The position numbers and the translations under genes were made by a program. The notes under the pieces are model-generated. The model was not told where the DNA came from and did no database searches. It saw only the letters and a list, made by a program, of their open reading frames with translations. A stretch of DNA of 52,815 nucleotides, from positions 1 to 52,815 of the IMG/VR virus record IMGVR_UViG_3300016667_000948, one strand, 5' to 3'. Origin of the DNA: a virus. Its lineage: Duplodnaviria > Caudoviricetes. Below are positions 9,464 through 19,100 of this stretch, one piece after another; within the stretch, counting starts at the first letter, position 1, and each line of letters opens with the position of its first letter.

Positions 9464-10848
9464 TGAAAACCCTTATATTGGATACCAACGTTTTATTAAC
9501 CGATCCTGATAGTTTGTATGCTTTTGAAGAAAATGAGATAATCCTTCCATTCACAACAATAGAAGAACTTGATAAAATTAAAAGCCGCACAAACGAAGTT
9601 GGTGCCAATGCCAGAGAGGTAGCAAGACGCCTTTCTGAAATGATTACGGACAACGAACAGGGTGCTCTCAAACGTGGCGTAGCACTACCTTCTGGTGGCA
9701 CCCTTCGTCTTGTAGCCATAAGCGATTTCGTCTTTGATGAAGATGAAAAGTTTGGAAGAGATTGGGATGCTTCCAACAAGGACAATCATATTCTTGATGT
9801 ATGCCGTGGTTTAACCAAGCAGCATCGTGAAGAAGGAAAGCCAGATCCTATCCTTGTAAGTCGTGATATTCTATTGCGTGTTAAGTGTGATTTCCTTGGT
9901 ATTCCATGTGAAGACTACAAGAACGCTCATGTAACTGAAAACGTTAACAGTCTTTATACTGGCTCAACTCTTATTGATGTTAGCGAAGAAGACATTCAAG
10001 AATACTGGGAATGCTCTGAAGATCCAAACAAGGAATATCATCTTGAATTTGATCCAGAGTTGGCTGAAGAGTTGGTTCCTAATCAATTCTTAATTCTGCA
10101 AGACCCAAATAGCGACGATGAACCTTCAGTTCGCTATATTGGCAAAGAAGATCCTCTTAAGATTGTTCATGATGTAAAGGCGCCTGTTTATGGGCTTTTA
10201 CCAAGAAACAAAGAACAGAACTTGGCGATTGATTTGCTAACAGATCCAGATGTCAAGCTAGTAACATTACTTGGATTTGCTGGAACTGGTAAGACCCTAA
10301 TCTCTCTTGCTGCTGGACTTAATCAAGTTATTGAGAAGAAGCGTTATAAGAAGCTATTCATTTGTCGTCCAGTTGTTCCTGTTGGCAATGACATTGGTTT
10401 CCTTCCAGGCACCAAGGAAGAGAAGTTAGAGCCATGGATTGCACCTATCAAGGACAATCTTCGTTATCTATTATTCTCGAGCACAGGTGGAAGAAAGTCA
10501 AAGAATAATGAAATGACCTTCAATCAGTTCTTTGAAGACGGCTTTATTGAAATAGAAGCCATTACATACCTTCGTGGTCGTTCTATTTCAGATGCCTATA
10601 TCATTATTGATGAAGCACAGAACTTAACAGCTCACGAACTTAAGACCATTATTACTCGTGTTGGCGAGAATACAAAGATTGTTCTTACTGGCGATATTGA
10701 TCAGATTGACAATATGTATATTGATGCCAAGAGCAATGGTTTAACTATTGCTATTGAGAAGTTCAAGAAGTATAAGATTGCTGGACACATGAGATTGATG
10801 AAGGGTGAACGTTCTGAATTGGCAACCCTTGCAAGTTCTGTGTTGTGA
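9463..10848 (+). CDS. phoH: PIN-PhoH fusion (PhoH2/YlaK type)
   Basis: PIN motifs ILDTNVL, EELD, DNHIL, SRD; Walker A GFAGTGKT; IGFLPG, LRGRS, IIDEAQN and GDIDQID. Confidence 0.95.
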   Translation: MKTLILDTNVLLTDPDSLYAFEENEIILPFTTIEELDKIKSRTNEVGANAREVARRLSEMITDNEQGALKRGVALPSGGTLRLVAISDFVFDEDEKFGRDWDASNKDNHILDVCRGLTKQHREEGKPDPILVSRDILLRVKCDFLGIPCEDYKNAHVTENVNSLYTGSTLIDVSEEDIQEYWECSEDPNKEYHLEFDPELAEELVPNQFLILQDPNSDDEPSVRYIGKEDPLKIVHDVKAPVYGLLPRNKEQNLAIDLLTDPDVKLVTLLGFAGTGKTLISLAAGLNQVIEKKRYKKLFICRPVVPVGNDIGFLPGTKEEKLEPWIAPIKDNLRYLLFSSTGGRKSKNNEMTFNQFFEDGFIEIEAITYLRGRSISDAYIIIDEAQNLTAHELKTIITRVGENTKIVLTGDIDQIDNMYIDAKSNGLTIAIEKFKKYKIAGHMRLMKGERSELATLASSVL

Positions 10849-10875
10849 TTTAAATTTAGCTGATAATTACAGAAT

Positions 10876-11613
10876 GTGGCAAACAATAAATACATTAAAA
10901 ACAGGAATGAGTGGCGGAAATCCTATCCTATAGGCGTTCCCCGGCGGCCTCCTGTAATTGTCACAGAAACTAAACTCGGTGCAGACGGCAATACATATAC
11001 ATCAACTTTTGATTTAAACCAAGTAATTCGTCACAGAGATGTTTATGAGTTACTTGGTGATACAAACAGTATTACCGGATTACTTGGAGAATATGATGAA
11101 GACTTAATTCATTTTAACAATGAAACTTATAAGTCTTTTTCATTCAATTTTACTTTTTCTAATAATCCTACTGTTGTATTTTCTCAAGGCACCGCAGATG
11201 GGGACCAGCCGAACACTGAAAACGTTAATATATTTGGCATAAGTAGAAACACCTCTGGAGGAGTTGTAGCTTTGTCTGCCCCATATTCTGGGACAATACG
11301 TTATAGGGCTGCATATGCTACTGCATATCCAAGTTATTTTACTGGTTCTATAGCCTCAATAGCGCCTACGGCGGGCGTATTTATTGCTAGCGTAGACAGA
11401 GAAGTGCCGGATAATAACAGCTATGTAACGGCAAGCTGGGCGACATTAGCTTCGGCTGGTCCAGCGATATTCCAATCTCCTTATGATGATAATTCAAACT
11501 TTGATGGCAACGTTGCATTAAGCACGAAATATGCGACATTGAATGGTTCTGGAGAAGTTATTGAAATTTCTGCGCCTATGAGCAGTTCAATTTACATCTT
11601 GGCAGTTCAGTAG
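10876..11613 (+). CDS. Putative virion structural protein
   Basis: Beta-rich S/T/N/G composition; first gene of the fibre cluster; GTG start 6 nt after ATAATTA. Confidence 0.6.
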   Translation: MANNKYIKNRNEWRKSYPIGVPRRPPVIVTETKLGADGNTYTSTFDLNQVIRHRDVYELLGDTNSITGLLGEYDEDLIHFNNETYKSFSFNFTFSNNPTVVFSQGTADGDQPNTENVNIFGISRNTSGGVVALSAPYSGTIRYRAAYATAYPSYFTGSIASIAPTAGVFIASVDREVPDNNSYVTASWATLASAGPAIFQSPYDDNSNFDGNVALSTKYATLNGSGEVIEISAPMSSSIYILAVQ

Positions 11614-11653
11614 TCCAGTAGAGAGATATTTAAACAAGAAATAGAGTTGTAAT

Positions 11654-14050
11654 ATGCCAATAGATTTCAGAGCATCGCAAATACAGACAAATAAAATTAT
11701 AGCCTCGGGCTCTACCGGTACATCAACTGGTGCTCGTCTTCTTGTATATCCTCATGTTGCCGACGATGGAACCTCTCCAAATCAAGGTTTTATAAATCAA
11801 AGCGTATTTAAAACTACTAGTGGTATTGGCACAGATATCTTTTTATTTGTTTCTGGCGGTATTGGTGAACGTAATGTCGGCGGCGCCCAATCGATTACAT
11901 GCTTTGGTGGCGATGTACACATTTCTGGAAATTTAACCGTAAATGGAACCTATCCATCTGGTGGAGGTGGTGGTTCTAATTTCTTCTGGTCCCCATCTAA
12001 TCCGTTTATCGAGGCTTCTGGTTCATTAACAATAACCGGATCCGGTTACTTTAAGGGAGGATTATCAGGTTCTCTCCAACAAGTTGCTCCAGGAGTTCCT
12101 TATCTCTTGGCAGGACCAAATATAACAATAGCTACAAACTCGCTTGGACAAGTTTCTATAACTGGAAGTGCAAGTGGTGGTGGTTCTTCATTCTATCGTC
12201 TTGAAGTTCTTGATTATTATTCTACAAATGCTACAACCGATACTGCTGCTGGACAAGTTATATTCCCAGCTAATCAGTTTACCGGATCTATCGTTCTTTA
12301 TGGTGTTATAGCAAATAGCAGCGCAACTGCAACTGGTAGCGTAAGATTATATAACGTTACAAGTGGCGCATATGTTGATATTGGCGGCGTTGGAAATCAA
12401 TACCTTTCAGTCAGCGGAACAACTCCAACAATTGTAAGTTCTGTTAATCTTATATCTGCAAGTAACTTTAACAGTTCTTCCCAGGCAATATACGAACTTC
12501 AAGTCTCTTCCAGTAATGGCGCTTCTTATGGCTTCTTTGGCGGATTCGAATTAAGACCATCTGGCAGCTTTACCGGTGTAACTTACGTAACGTCTTCTAC
12601 GTATTACACTTATATCTCCGGCACGTGGGAAGACGGTGGCAATAAGTTGGCAACAACATCGTCTGTTGCAATGGCAGGAAACCTTGGAACCGGATACTTT
12701 GCCAACAATGTAGGATCTGACGTATTCTTCTTTGTTTCTGGAAACAATGGCGGTGTTTCTGCTGGAAATGGTGTTGCTGTATTTGGAGGCGACGTTGTAA
12801 TATCTGGTGTTCTATACGGTGGTTCGCCTCTTAAAATCAGCGGCTCAATGCAGCAAGGATATCAAAATTCTGCTACTGGATTATATTCTCATGCTGAAGG
12901 CAGCGGAACACAGGCAACATATACCGGTGCTCACGCTGAAGGTGCTACAACTATAGCAGCAGGAAATTTCAGCCATGCTGAAGGTGATAGCACGGTTACA
13001 CTTGGCATTGCTTCACACGCTGAAGGACAAAATACTAATGCATCCGGGCAATATTCTCATGCTGAAGGAAATGGTTCTCAATCGGCTGGCAGTCATTCTC
13101 ACGCCGAAGGAAGATTGACACAAGCAAATGGACAAGAATCCCATGCCGAAGGAGAAGAAACTGTTGCTGGGGCTCGAGCATCACACGCTGAAGGTTATCA
13201 AACACAGGCAACTGCATTTTACACACATTCCGAAGGAGCTTCTACCGTAGCTTCAGCTACAGGCGCCCATTCCGAAGGACAAAGCACAACTGCCTCTGGA
13301 CAATATTCCCATGCTGAAGGAACTTCCAGCACGGCTTCTGGATATGCATCTCACGCAGAAGGTGGTGGCACGACAGCTCAAGGTGATGGAAGCCATACAG
13401 AGGGACAATATACTTTAGCTCTTGGAATTGGCTCTCATGCCGAAGGATATTATTCAACTGGTTCTGGAAATTATTCTCATGCCGAAGGATTATCAACAGA
13501 GGCAATTGGAACATATTCACATGCCGGGGGCATTTCAACAATAGCATCAGGTTCTGGGCAAACTGTTGTAGGAAAATATAATCAAAGAGATAATAATTTT
13601 TCTTTATTCGTTGTTGGTGATGGCACGGGAACAACAAATTCAAAAAGAGGCGACATTGTTCGTGTAAATCCTGGACCAACAATTGGAACAGGAATCATAG
13701 AAGTCACAGGTTCACTTTCTGTAAGCGGAACACAAAGCACTCTACATCAATATAATGGTCTTCGTTATTATCCAACCATAGTAACATCTCTTCCATATAC
13801 AGCATCTTTTAATGAATATATTATTGCTGTAAGCGCATCTGCTGGACCTGGTGTAGAACTTCCAGCTTCAGAGTTTGGCAGAACATTTATAGTTAAAGAC
13901 GTATCTGGTTCTGCTGCTTCTGATCTCATAATAATAACTGCTGCTGGTGGAGAACTTATTGATGGATCGCCTACTGCAACCATAGGCATTGATAATGGTT
14001 CTTATAAGTTTGTCTACTTTGGCTCTGGAATAGGATGGGGTATAGTCTGA
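11654..14050 (+). CDS. Tail fibre/adhesin with YadA-like head repeats
   Basis: 16 tandem 14-aa (S/A/T)H(A/S/T)EG repeats, a duplicated FVSG...FGGDV.ISG module and C-terminal GRTFIVKD.SG...IDG module. Confidence 0.85.
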   Translation: MPIDFRASQIQTNKIIASGSTGTSTGARLLVYPHVADDGTSPNQGFINQSVFKTTSGIGTDIFLFVSGGIGERNVGGAQSITCFGGDVHISGNLTVNGTYPSGGGGGSNFFWSPSNPFIEASGSLTITGSGYFKGGLSGSLQQVAPGVPYLLAGPNITIATNSLGQVSITGSASGGGSSFYRLEVLDYYSTNATTDTAAGQVIFPANQFTGSIVLYGVIANSSATATGSVRLYNVTSGAYVDIGGVGNQYLSVSGTTPTIVSSVNLISASNFNSSSQAIYELQVSSSNGASYGFFGGFELRPSGSFTGVTYVTSSTYYTYISGTWEDGGNKLATTSSVAMAGNLGTGYFANNVGSDVFFFVSGNNGGVSAGNGVAVFGGDVVISGVLYGGSPLKISGSMQQGYQNSATGLYSHAEGSGTQATYTGAHAEGATTIAAGNFSHAEGDSTVTLGIASHAEGQNTNASGQYSHAEGNGSQSAGSHSHAEGRLTQANGQESHAEGEETVAGARASHAEGYQTQATAFYTHSEGASTVASATGAHSEGQSTTASGQYSHAEGTSSTASGYASHAEGGGTTAQGDGSHTEGQYTLALGIGSHAEGYYSTGSGNYSHAEGLSTEAIGTYSHAGGISTIASGSGQTVVGKYNQRDNNFSLFVVGDGTGTTNSKRGDIVRVNPGPTIGTGIIEVTGSLSVSGTQSTLHQYNGLRYYPTIVTSLPYTASFNEYIIAVSASAGPGVELPASEFGRTFIVKDVSGSAASDLIIITAAGGELIDGSPTATIGIDNGSYKFVYFGSGIGWGIV
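12860..13555 (+). repeat. Coding tandem repeat, 16 x 42 bp (HAEG repeats)
   Basis: First and last His codons at 12890 and 13520 are exactly 15 x 42 bp apart. Confidence 0.9.
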
Positions 14051-15060
14051 TGCAAATATTTTCTTATTTATCCAAGATTGCATCAAGTGGTTCTATCCTT
14101 GCTTGGGATGGAACCAAGATTGCCGCCTCTAAAGGGGTTATACATAATGCCGAGAAAGACGAGACAACCATCGGCGGCTCTTTGTCTGTAGGAAATATTG
14201 TAAAAGCTTCTGGAGGCTTCCAGGGATCGTTAACGACTCTTGCAGACGGCTCTCCTTATCTTACTGCTGGAGACAATATAACAATAGCAACTGGCTCTGC
14301 TGGTAATATAGAAATATCTGCAACTGTTCCACCACAGGAATCACCCGTTATCTGGAAATGGAATGAAAAAGATGCATCTCAATTTAATATAAGCTGCGAT
14401 ACAATAGGAACCGGTTCTATTGGGGTAGTCAATTCTTCATGGGGCAAAATATTAAGAATTGATTTTAAAGAAAAAACAAGCTCGGGCGTTTTTATAATCA
14501 ATATCAACGATATTGGAATTCCATTAGATAATCAAAACAGATTCAGATATTTGTTAAGATTTAGACTTTGCAATTTCTCTGGAATAGCAAGAGAATGGAA
14601 TGGTATTGGCGCTTCTTTCCTTTCTAATGACGAATCCGACGAAGACTATTACGGATTAGGAAACGTTTGTTTCTTCGCAGCTCAAAATGTCAAAGCAATT
14701 AAGGTTGAAGCTGGTCAAGTAAAACTTGGTAATAACAATCCTCCTGGTCCTAAAGTTCCTCTTATTTCTCAATATGGTAGACCTATAACAAATTTTGAAT
14801 TTGAAGTTTGTTCTTTGTTAACCCGTAAATCTATTGGTTTTCAAAACTCTTGGACTGTAAGAAACTCTCTAAATACAAATGCAGGTTCTTCTGGGGTTGA
14901 TGATACGTATTATACTTCAGAATTTGGTCCATTTAGAGGAGAGTGGGCACAACAAGATTTAGGTTCATGTGGCATTGTTATCTTCGCTGGAGAAGGAACA
15001 AGTCAAGCGCATTTTGATATTGACAATATTGAAGTTATTAAGCATCCGATGGATTGGTGA
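14050..15060 (+). CDS. Putative fibre-associated protein with C-terminal beta-sandwich/lectin-like domain
   Basis: TGATG overlap with the upstream fibre; shares GSL...PYL.AG.NITIAT module with it. Confidence 0.65.
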   Translation: MQIFSYLSKIASSGSILAWDGTKIAASKGVIHNAEKDETTIGGSLSVGNIVKASGGFQGSLTTLADGSPYLTAGDNITIATGSAGNIEISATVPPQESPVIWKWNEKDASQFNISCDTIGTGSIGVVNSSWGKILRIDFKEKTSSGVFIININDIGIPLDNQNRFRYLLRFRLCNFSGIAREWNGIGASFLSNDESDEDYYGLGNVCFFAAQNVKAIKVEAGQVKLGNNNPPGPKVPLISQYGRPITNFEFEVCSLLTRKSIGFQNSWTVRNSLNTNAGSSGVDDTYYTSEFGPFRGEWAQQDLGSCGIVIFAGEGTSQAHFDIDNIEVIKHPMDW

Positions 15061-15064
15061 TTAA

Positions 15065-16063
15065 ATGTCTTTCGTTGGTAAACCACATATTAGCGGTGCC
15101 GTCTTTGTTTGGGACGGCGATAAGCTTTTAGCTGATAGAAAGGTTATTAATCTACAAGAAGCATATCAAAACTCACGCATTGTTAGATTGGCTGATGCTG
15201 TTTGTTTTATTGGCGATGAAACAGTTTCAGAACCAAAAATAGAAGTTATACACACGTCCGGATTTGAAGATGATGAAGGCATAAGATTCACAACAGATAT
15301 AAATGCTGGAGCTACTACGTGGCTTCCTTTAGTCGCTTACGACAAAAACGGCAATAAAGTTTTTCAAGTAGAAACTGATACTAACTCTGGAATTGTTGCA
15401 GTTAAATCAACAGATGTTGATGGTTATAGTGGATATCAATTTCTCAATGAAACCGGAACATTTTTAGCATTAGATACAACTTCATCTCCTACCAGCTTAA
15501 GAATACAGAAGGCTGGTGAGGGCTATATAGATTTTGGCGGTAGCGCATATTCATCTCCAATATTAAGAATAGACACAAATAATACAGAGCCATCCGTTAA
15601 TATAGGTAATTCAAATTCCAACAATATGTTAACGGTTAATGGCATTGATATAACGCCATATAGTTCAAAAATCATTGTGCCTATTGCCTCTACTCAAAAT
15701 CATGCTCTTTTTGATATTGCATCATTTCTTGACAATGATCAATATGCGACCGTCAACATTGACGTTCTTGCAAGCACAAATGATTTACAGCAAAACGACA
15801 AAAGAGCATTTAGTGCATGGAAGTTTTTCATATCTCTATTCAAGCAATCTGACACCATAACCGTTGTTAGTATTACAGAATTGGATCAAAAAACGTTTGT
15901 TGGAGAAACTGCTACTGACGATCCTACTTCTTGGGACGTTAATATAACTTCTGATGGTATTTTGTTTGCGTATGGCAATGGTTCACAGCATAAAATTGCG
16001 TTTGCTGCCACAATTATAAAAATTTCTGTCATTGATATTCTTACCGGAAATATTATCAAATAA
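15065..16063 (+). CDS. Putative fibre-associated structural protein
   Basis: Shares SG....WDG.K N-terminal motif with 14050 and a C-terminal domain with 16189. Confidence 0.62.
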   Translation: MSFVGKPHISGAVFVWDGDKLLADRKVINLQEAYQNSRIVRLADAVCFIGDETVSEPKIEVIHTSGFEDDEGIRFTTDINAGATTWLPLVAYDKNGNKVFQVETDTNSGIVAVKSTDVDGYSGYQFLNETGTFLALDTTSSPTSLRIQKAGEGYIDFGGSAYSSPILRIDTNNTEPSVNIGNSNSNNMLTVNGIDITPYSSKIIVPIASTQNHALFDIASFLDNDQYATVNIDVLASTNDLQQNDKRAFSAWKFFISLFKQSDTITVVSITELDQKTFVGETATDDPTSWDVNITSDGILFAYGNGSQHKIAFAATIIKISVIDILTGNIIK

Positions 16064-16082
16064 TATACATAGAATATCTGGA

Positions 16083-16188
16083 TATTCCTGTTTAGGAAAT
16101 ATAATTATAATCGGGGTTCTCCTTACTTGGATTGAGATGGTTTCTTTCCAGTAAGGCACAGAACTATCCAAACAGGAGAATAATATAT
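16083..16188 (+). promoter_or_regulatory. Structured 5' leader with late-promoter motif and anti-SD elements
   Basis: ATAATTA 16101-16107; hairpin arms GTTCT/AGAAC and CCTTAC/GTAAGG; TTCTCCT 16117-16123 is complementary to SD AGGAGAA 16174-16180. Confidence 0.55.
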
Positions 16189-19100
16189 ATGGCATTAACA
16201 GTTAATACAGTTAACTATGACAATACATTTGATACAACAATGGTATTGCTTAACAACCCAGACGGCGCTTCTTTCCCAACTGGACAATATCTTACAGTTA
16301 ATAACGTAAGCTATGAAATTGTAAGCTCTAATGGAAACGTTGTAACAGTTAACGGCAATCTTATCGCATCTCAGGGCGATGTTGTTACAGTTGACGCAGG
16401 CTTCGGCGGTGGCCCAGGCGTTGTAACCAAGAAGTTCGTTCAACAGAACGATGGTCTTCTTGGCGGCAGCTTAACAGACCTCGTTGCAGATTCTATTCTT
16501 GTCAATGCTTCTGGTAGCATTGACATGGGTGGAAATCAAATCCACAACGTTGCAGAAGCTACAGCACCTTCTGACGTAGTAGTTCTTTCTCAATTGGAAG
16601 CTTACGTTGCTGCTGAAATTTCGGCCGCAGACTCCGTAAACGACGCTGAAGTATCTGCTCTCGGAAGCAGAATGACAGTCGCTGAGGCAGAACTTGATGC
16701 AGAAGCATCTATTCGTGCAGCAGCAGATGCATCTTTGACATCTGCACTTTCTTCCGAGACTTCTACACGTCTTTCAGCAACAAACTCTCTTCACAGCAAA
16801 GTTGTTGCCGAAGAAGTTGCTCGCCTAAATGCAGACGTATCTCTTGAATCTGCAATCTCTTCTGAAGCATCAAGAGCACTCGCAGCAGAAGGTTCTCTTT
16901 CAACACGTCTTTCCTCTGAAATGTCTACAGAGGTTTCTGACCGTGTTGCAGGCGATGCATCAGTTCTTGCAGAAGCAGAAGCTTATACCGATCAAAAAAT
17001 TGCTGACCTTGTTGACCAAGCACCAGCAATGCTTGACACCCTCAATGAACTTGCTGCGGCTCTTGGTGACGATCCAAACTTCGCTACAACAGTTCTAAAC
17101 GCAGTTGCTTCTGAAGCCTCTTATCGTGTAGCAGGTGATGATTCTCTTCAAGCAAGATTCTCAACAGCAGACGCATCCCTTGCAACAGCAGTATCCGCTG
17201 AAGCTTCAACAGCACGTTCAGCAGAAGCAGTTCTCACATCTTCTATTTCCTCTGAAGTAGCAGCTCGTGAATCTGCTATTGACAACGAAGCATCAATCCG
17301 TGCAGTCGCCGACGCTTCTATTGTAACTGCAATGGAAGCAGCAGATGCTTCTCTTACAACAAGAGTTTCTGCTGAAGAATCCGCTCGTGCGGCAGCAGTT
17401 TCCAACGAAGCTTCTCTCCGTTCTACTGCTGATCTTTCTCTTGCAACACTTATTGCTGCTGAAATCTCCACAGAGATTTCTAATCGCACAGCAGACGTAG
17501 ACGCAGAGCAATCAAGAGCAGAATCTGCTGAACTTTCCCTTGGAACAGCAGTATCCGCTGAAGTTTCTGCACGTCAATCAGCAGTATCAGCAGAAGCAGC
17601 ACTTCGTTCCGCTGGCGACTCTGCTCTTACAGTAGCTCTTGACAATGAGATGAACGCCCGCATGGCAGAAGATTCAACTCTTCAAGGTCTTATCGAGACA
17701 GAAGCTTCTACTCGTTTGGTAGCTGATGGTTTGATATACGACGAAATTTCAACACAAGTTTCTACACAAAATTCTGCTCGCACTGCCGCAGTCAACTCCC
17801 TTGCTTCTGATCTTTCCTCTGAAACATCTGCACGTGTTGCAGCAGTATCCGCTGAAGAATCAGCTCGCATTGCAGGCGATGCTTCTCTTACAGCAAGAGT
17901 TTCTGCTGAAGAAGTAGCTCGTGGTTCTGCAATCACAGCAGAAGCTTCCTCACGTGTTGCAGGAGACGCTTCCCTCAATACAGCACTCGCTGCTGAAACA
18001 TCAAACCGTCTTGCAGCATTCACCTCAATCGCTGACGTATATGTCAACGTTTCCGGCGACACAATGACCGGACAACTTACCATTGATATCACAGAAGAAA
18101 ATGGAGAAGACTTTGGTAAGACATACATCAACGCAGGCTACATCCGTATTGAAGATCCAAACGGTGACGCAGCAATGCCAACAGCTCTTGCACACGTTGT
18201 TAACAAGGCATATGTTGATCAAGAAGTTGCCGCAGAAGAATCTGCTCGTCTCTCCATAGCAGCAGTATACAGTGCAGCAATGTCTACACAAATGTCTACA
18301 GAAGTAGTCGCACGCATTGCTGGTGATGATTCCGTAGCTGCTCTTGTTTCTGCCGAAGAATCTCGTGCATTGCTTGCTGAAGCTTCTATTGCATCTAATC
18401 TATCAACAGAGATCGTTGATCGTGTAGCAGCAGTTTCTACCGAAGCTTCTCTTCGTGTAGTTGGTGATGCATCTCTTGCTTCTGATCTTGCTGACGAAGA
18501 AACTGCACGCACAAATGCAGATAACTCTCTTGCAGCTAACATTTCTACTGAAAAGGCACGTGTTGACGCAATCCTTCTTGCATCCGATGCAGATAAGGAC
18601 AGCTTCGCAGAAATCGTTTCCTTGATCAATGCAGTTGATACAACAAACGACACAGCATTTGCCAACTACGTCCTTTCAAACAATGCAGCTCTTTCCTCAG
18701 AAGTTTCCAGAGCAGAGTCAGTAGAGGGTTCTCTTAACACAGCTCTTTCTTCCGAAATCTCTCGTGCAACATCTGCTGAAGGATCTCTCAATTCCGCTCT
18801 CTCTGTTGAAGTTTCTAATCGCATTGCCGATGTAGACGCAGAAGAATCCCGTGCTACAGCAGCCGAAGGTTCTCTTCAAACACGTCTTTCCACAGAGGAA
18901 TCTACACGCCTTGCTGGCGATAACGCTCTTTCAACAGAACTTTCTACACAAATGTCTTCCGAGGCATCTTCACGTGTAGCTGGTGATGCATCTCTTGCGA
19001 CAGCAGTATCTGCTGAAGTTTCCAGAGCAGAAGCTGCTGAAGATTATCTTGATGGTCTAATCGCTGCTGAAACACAAAATCGCATTGACGGAGACAACTC

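Noticed and set aside
9219-9785. 188-aa minus-strand ORF
   Set aside because: Antisense to well-supported phoH and 9098; no recognisable motifs
12860-13555. 42-bp periodicity resembling a CRISPR array or DGR
   Set aside because: In-frame protein repeats with synonymous divergence; no identical repeats with unique spacers and no reverse transcriptase
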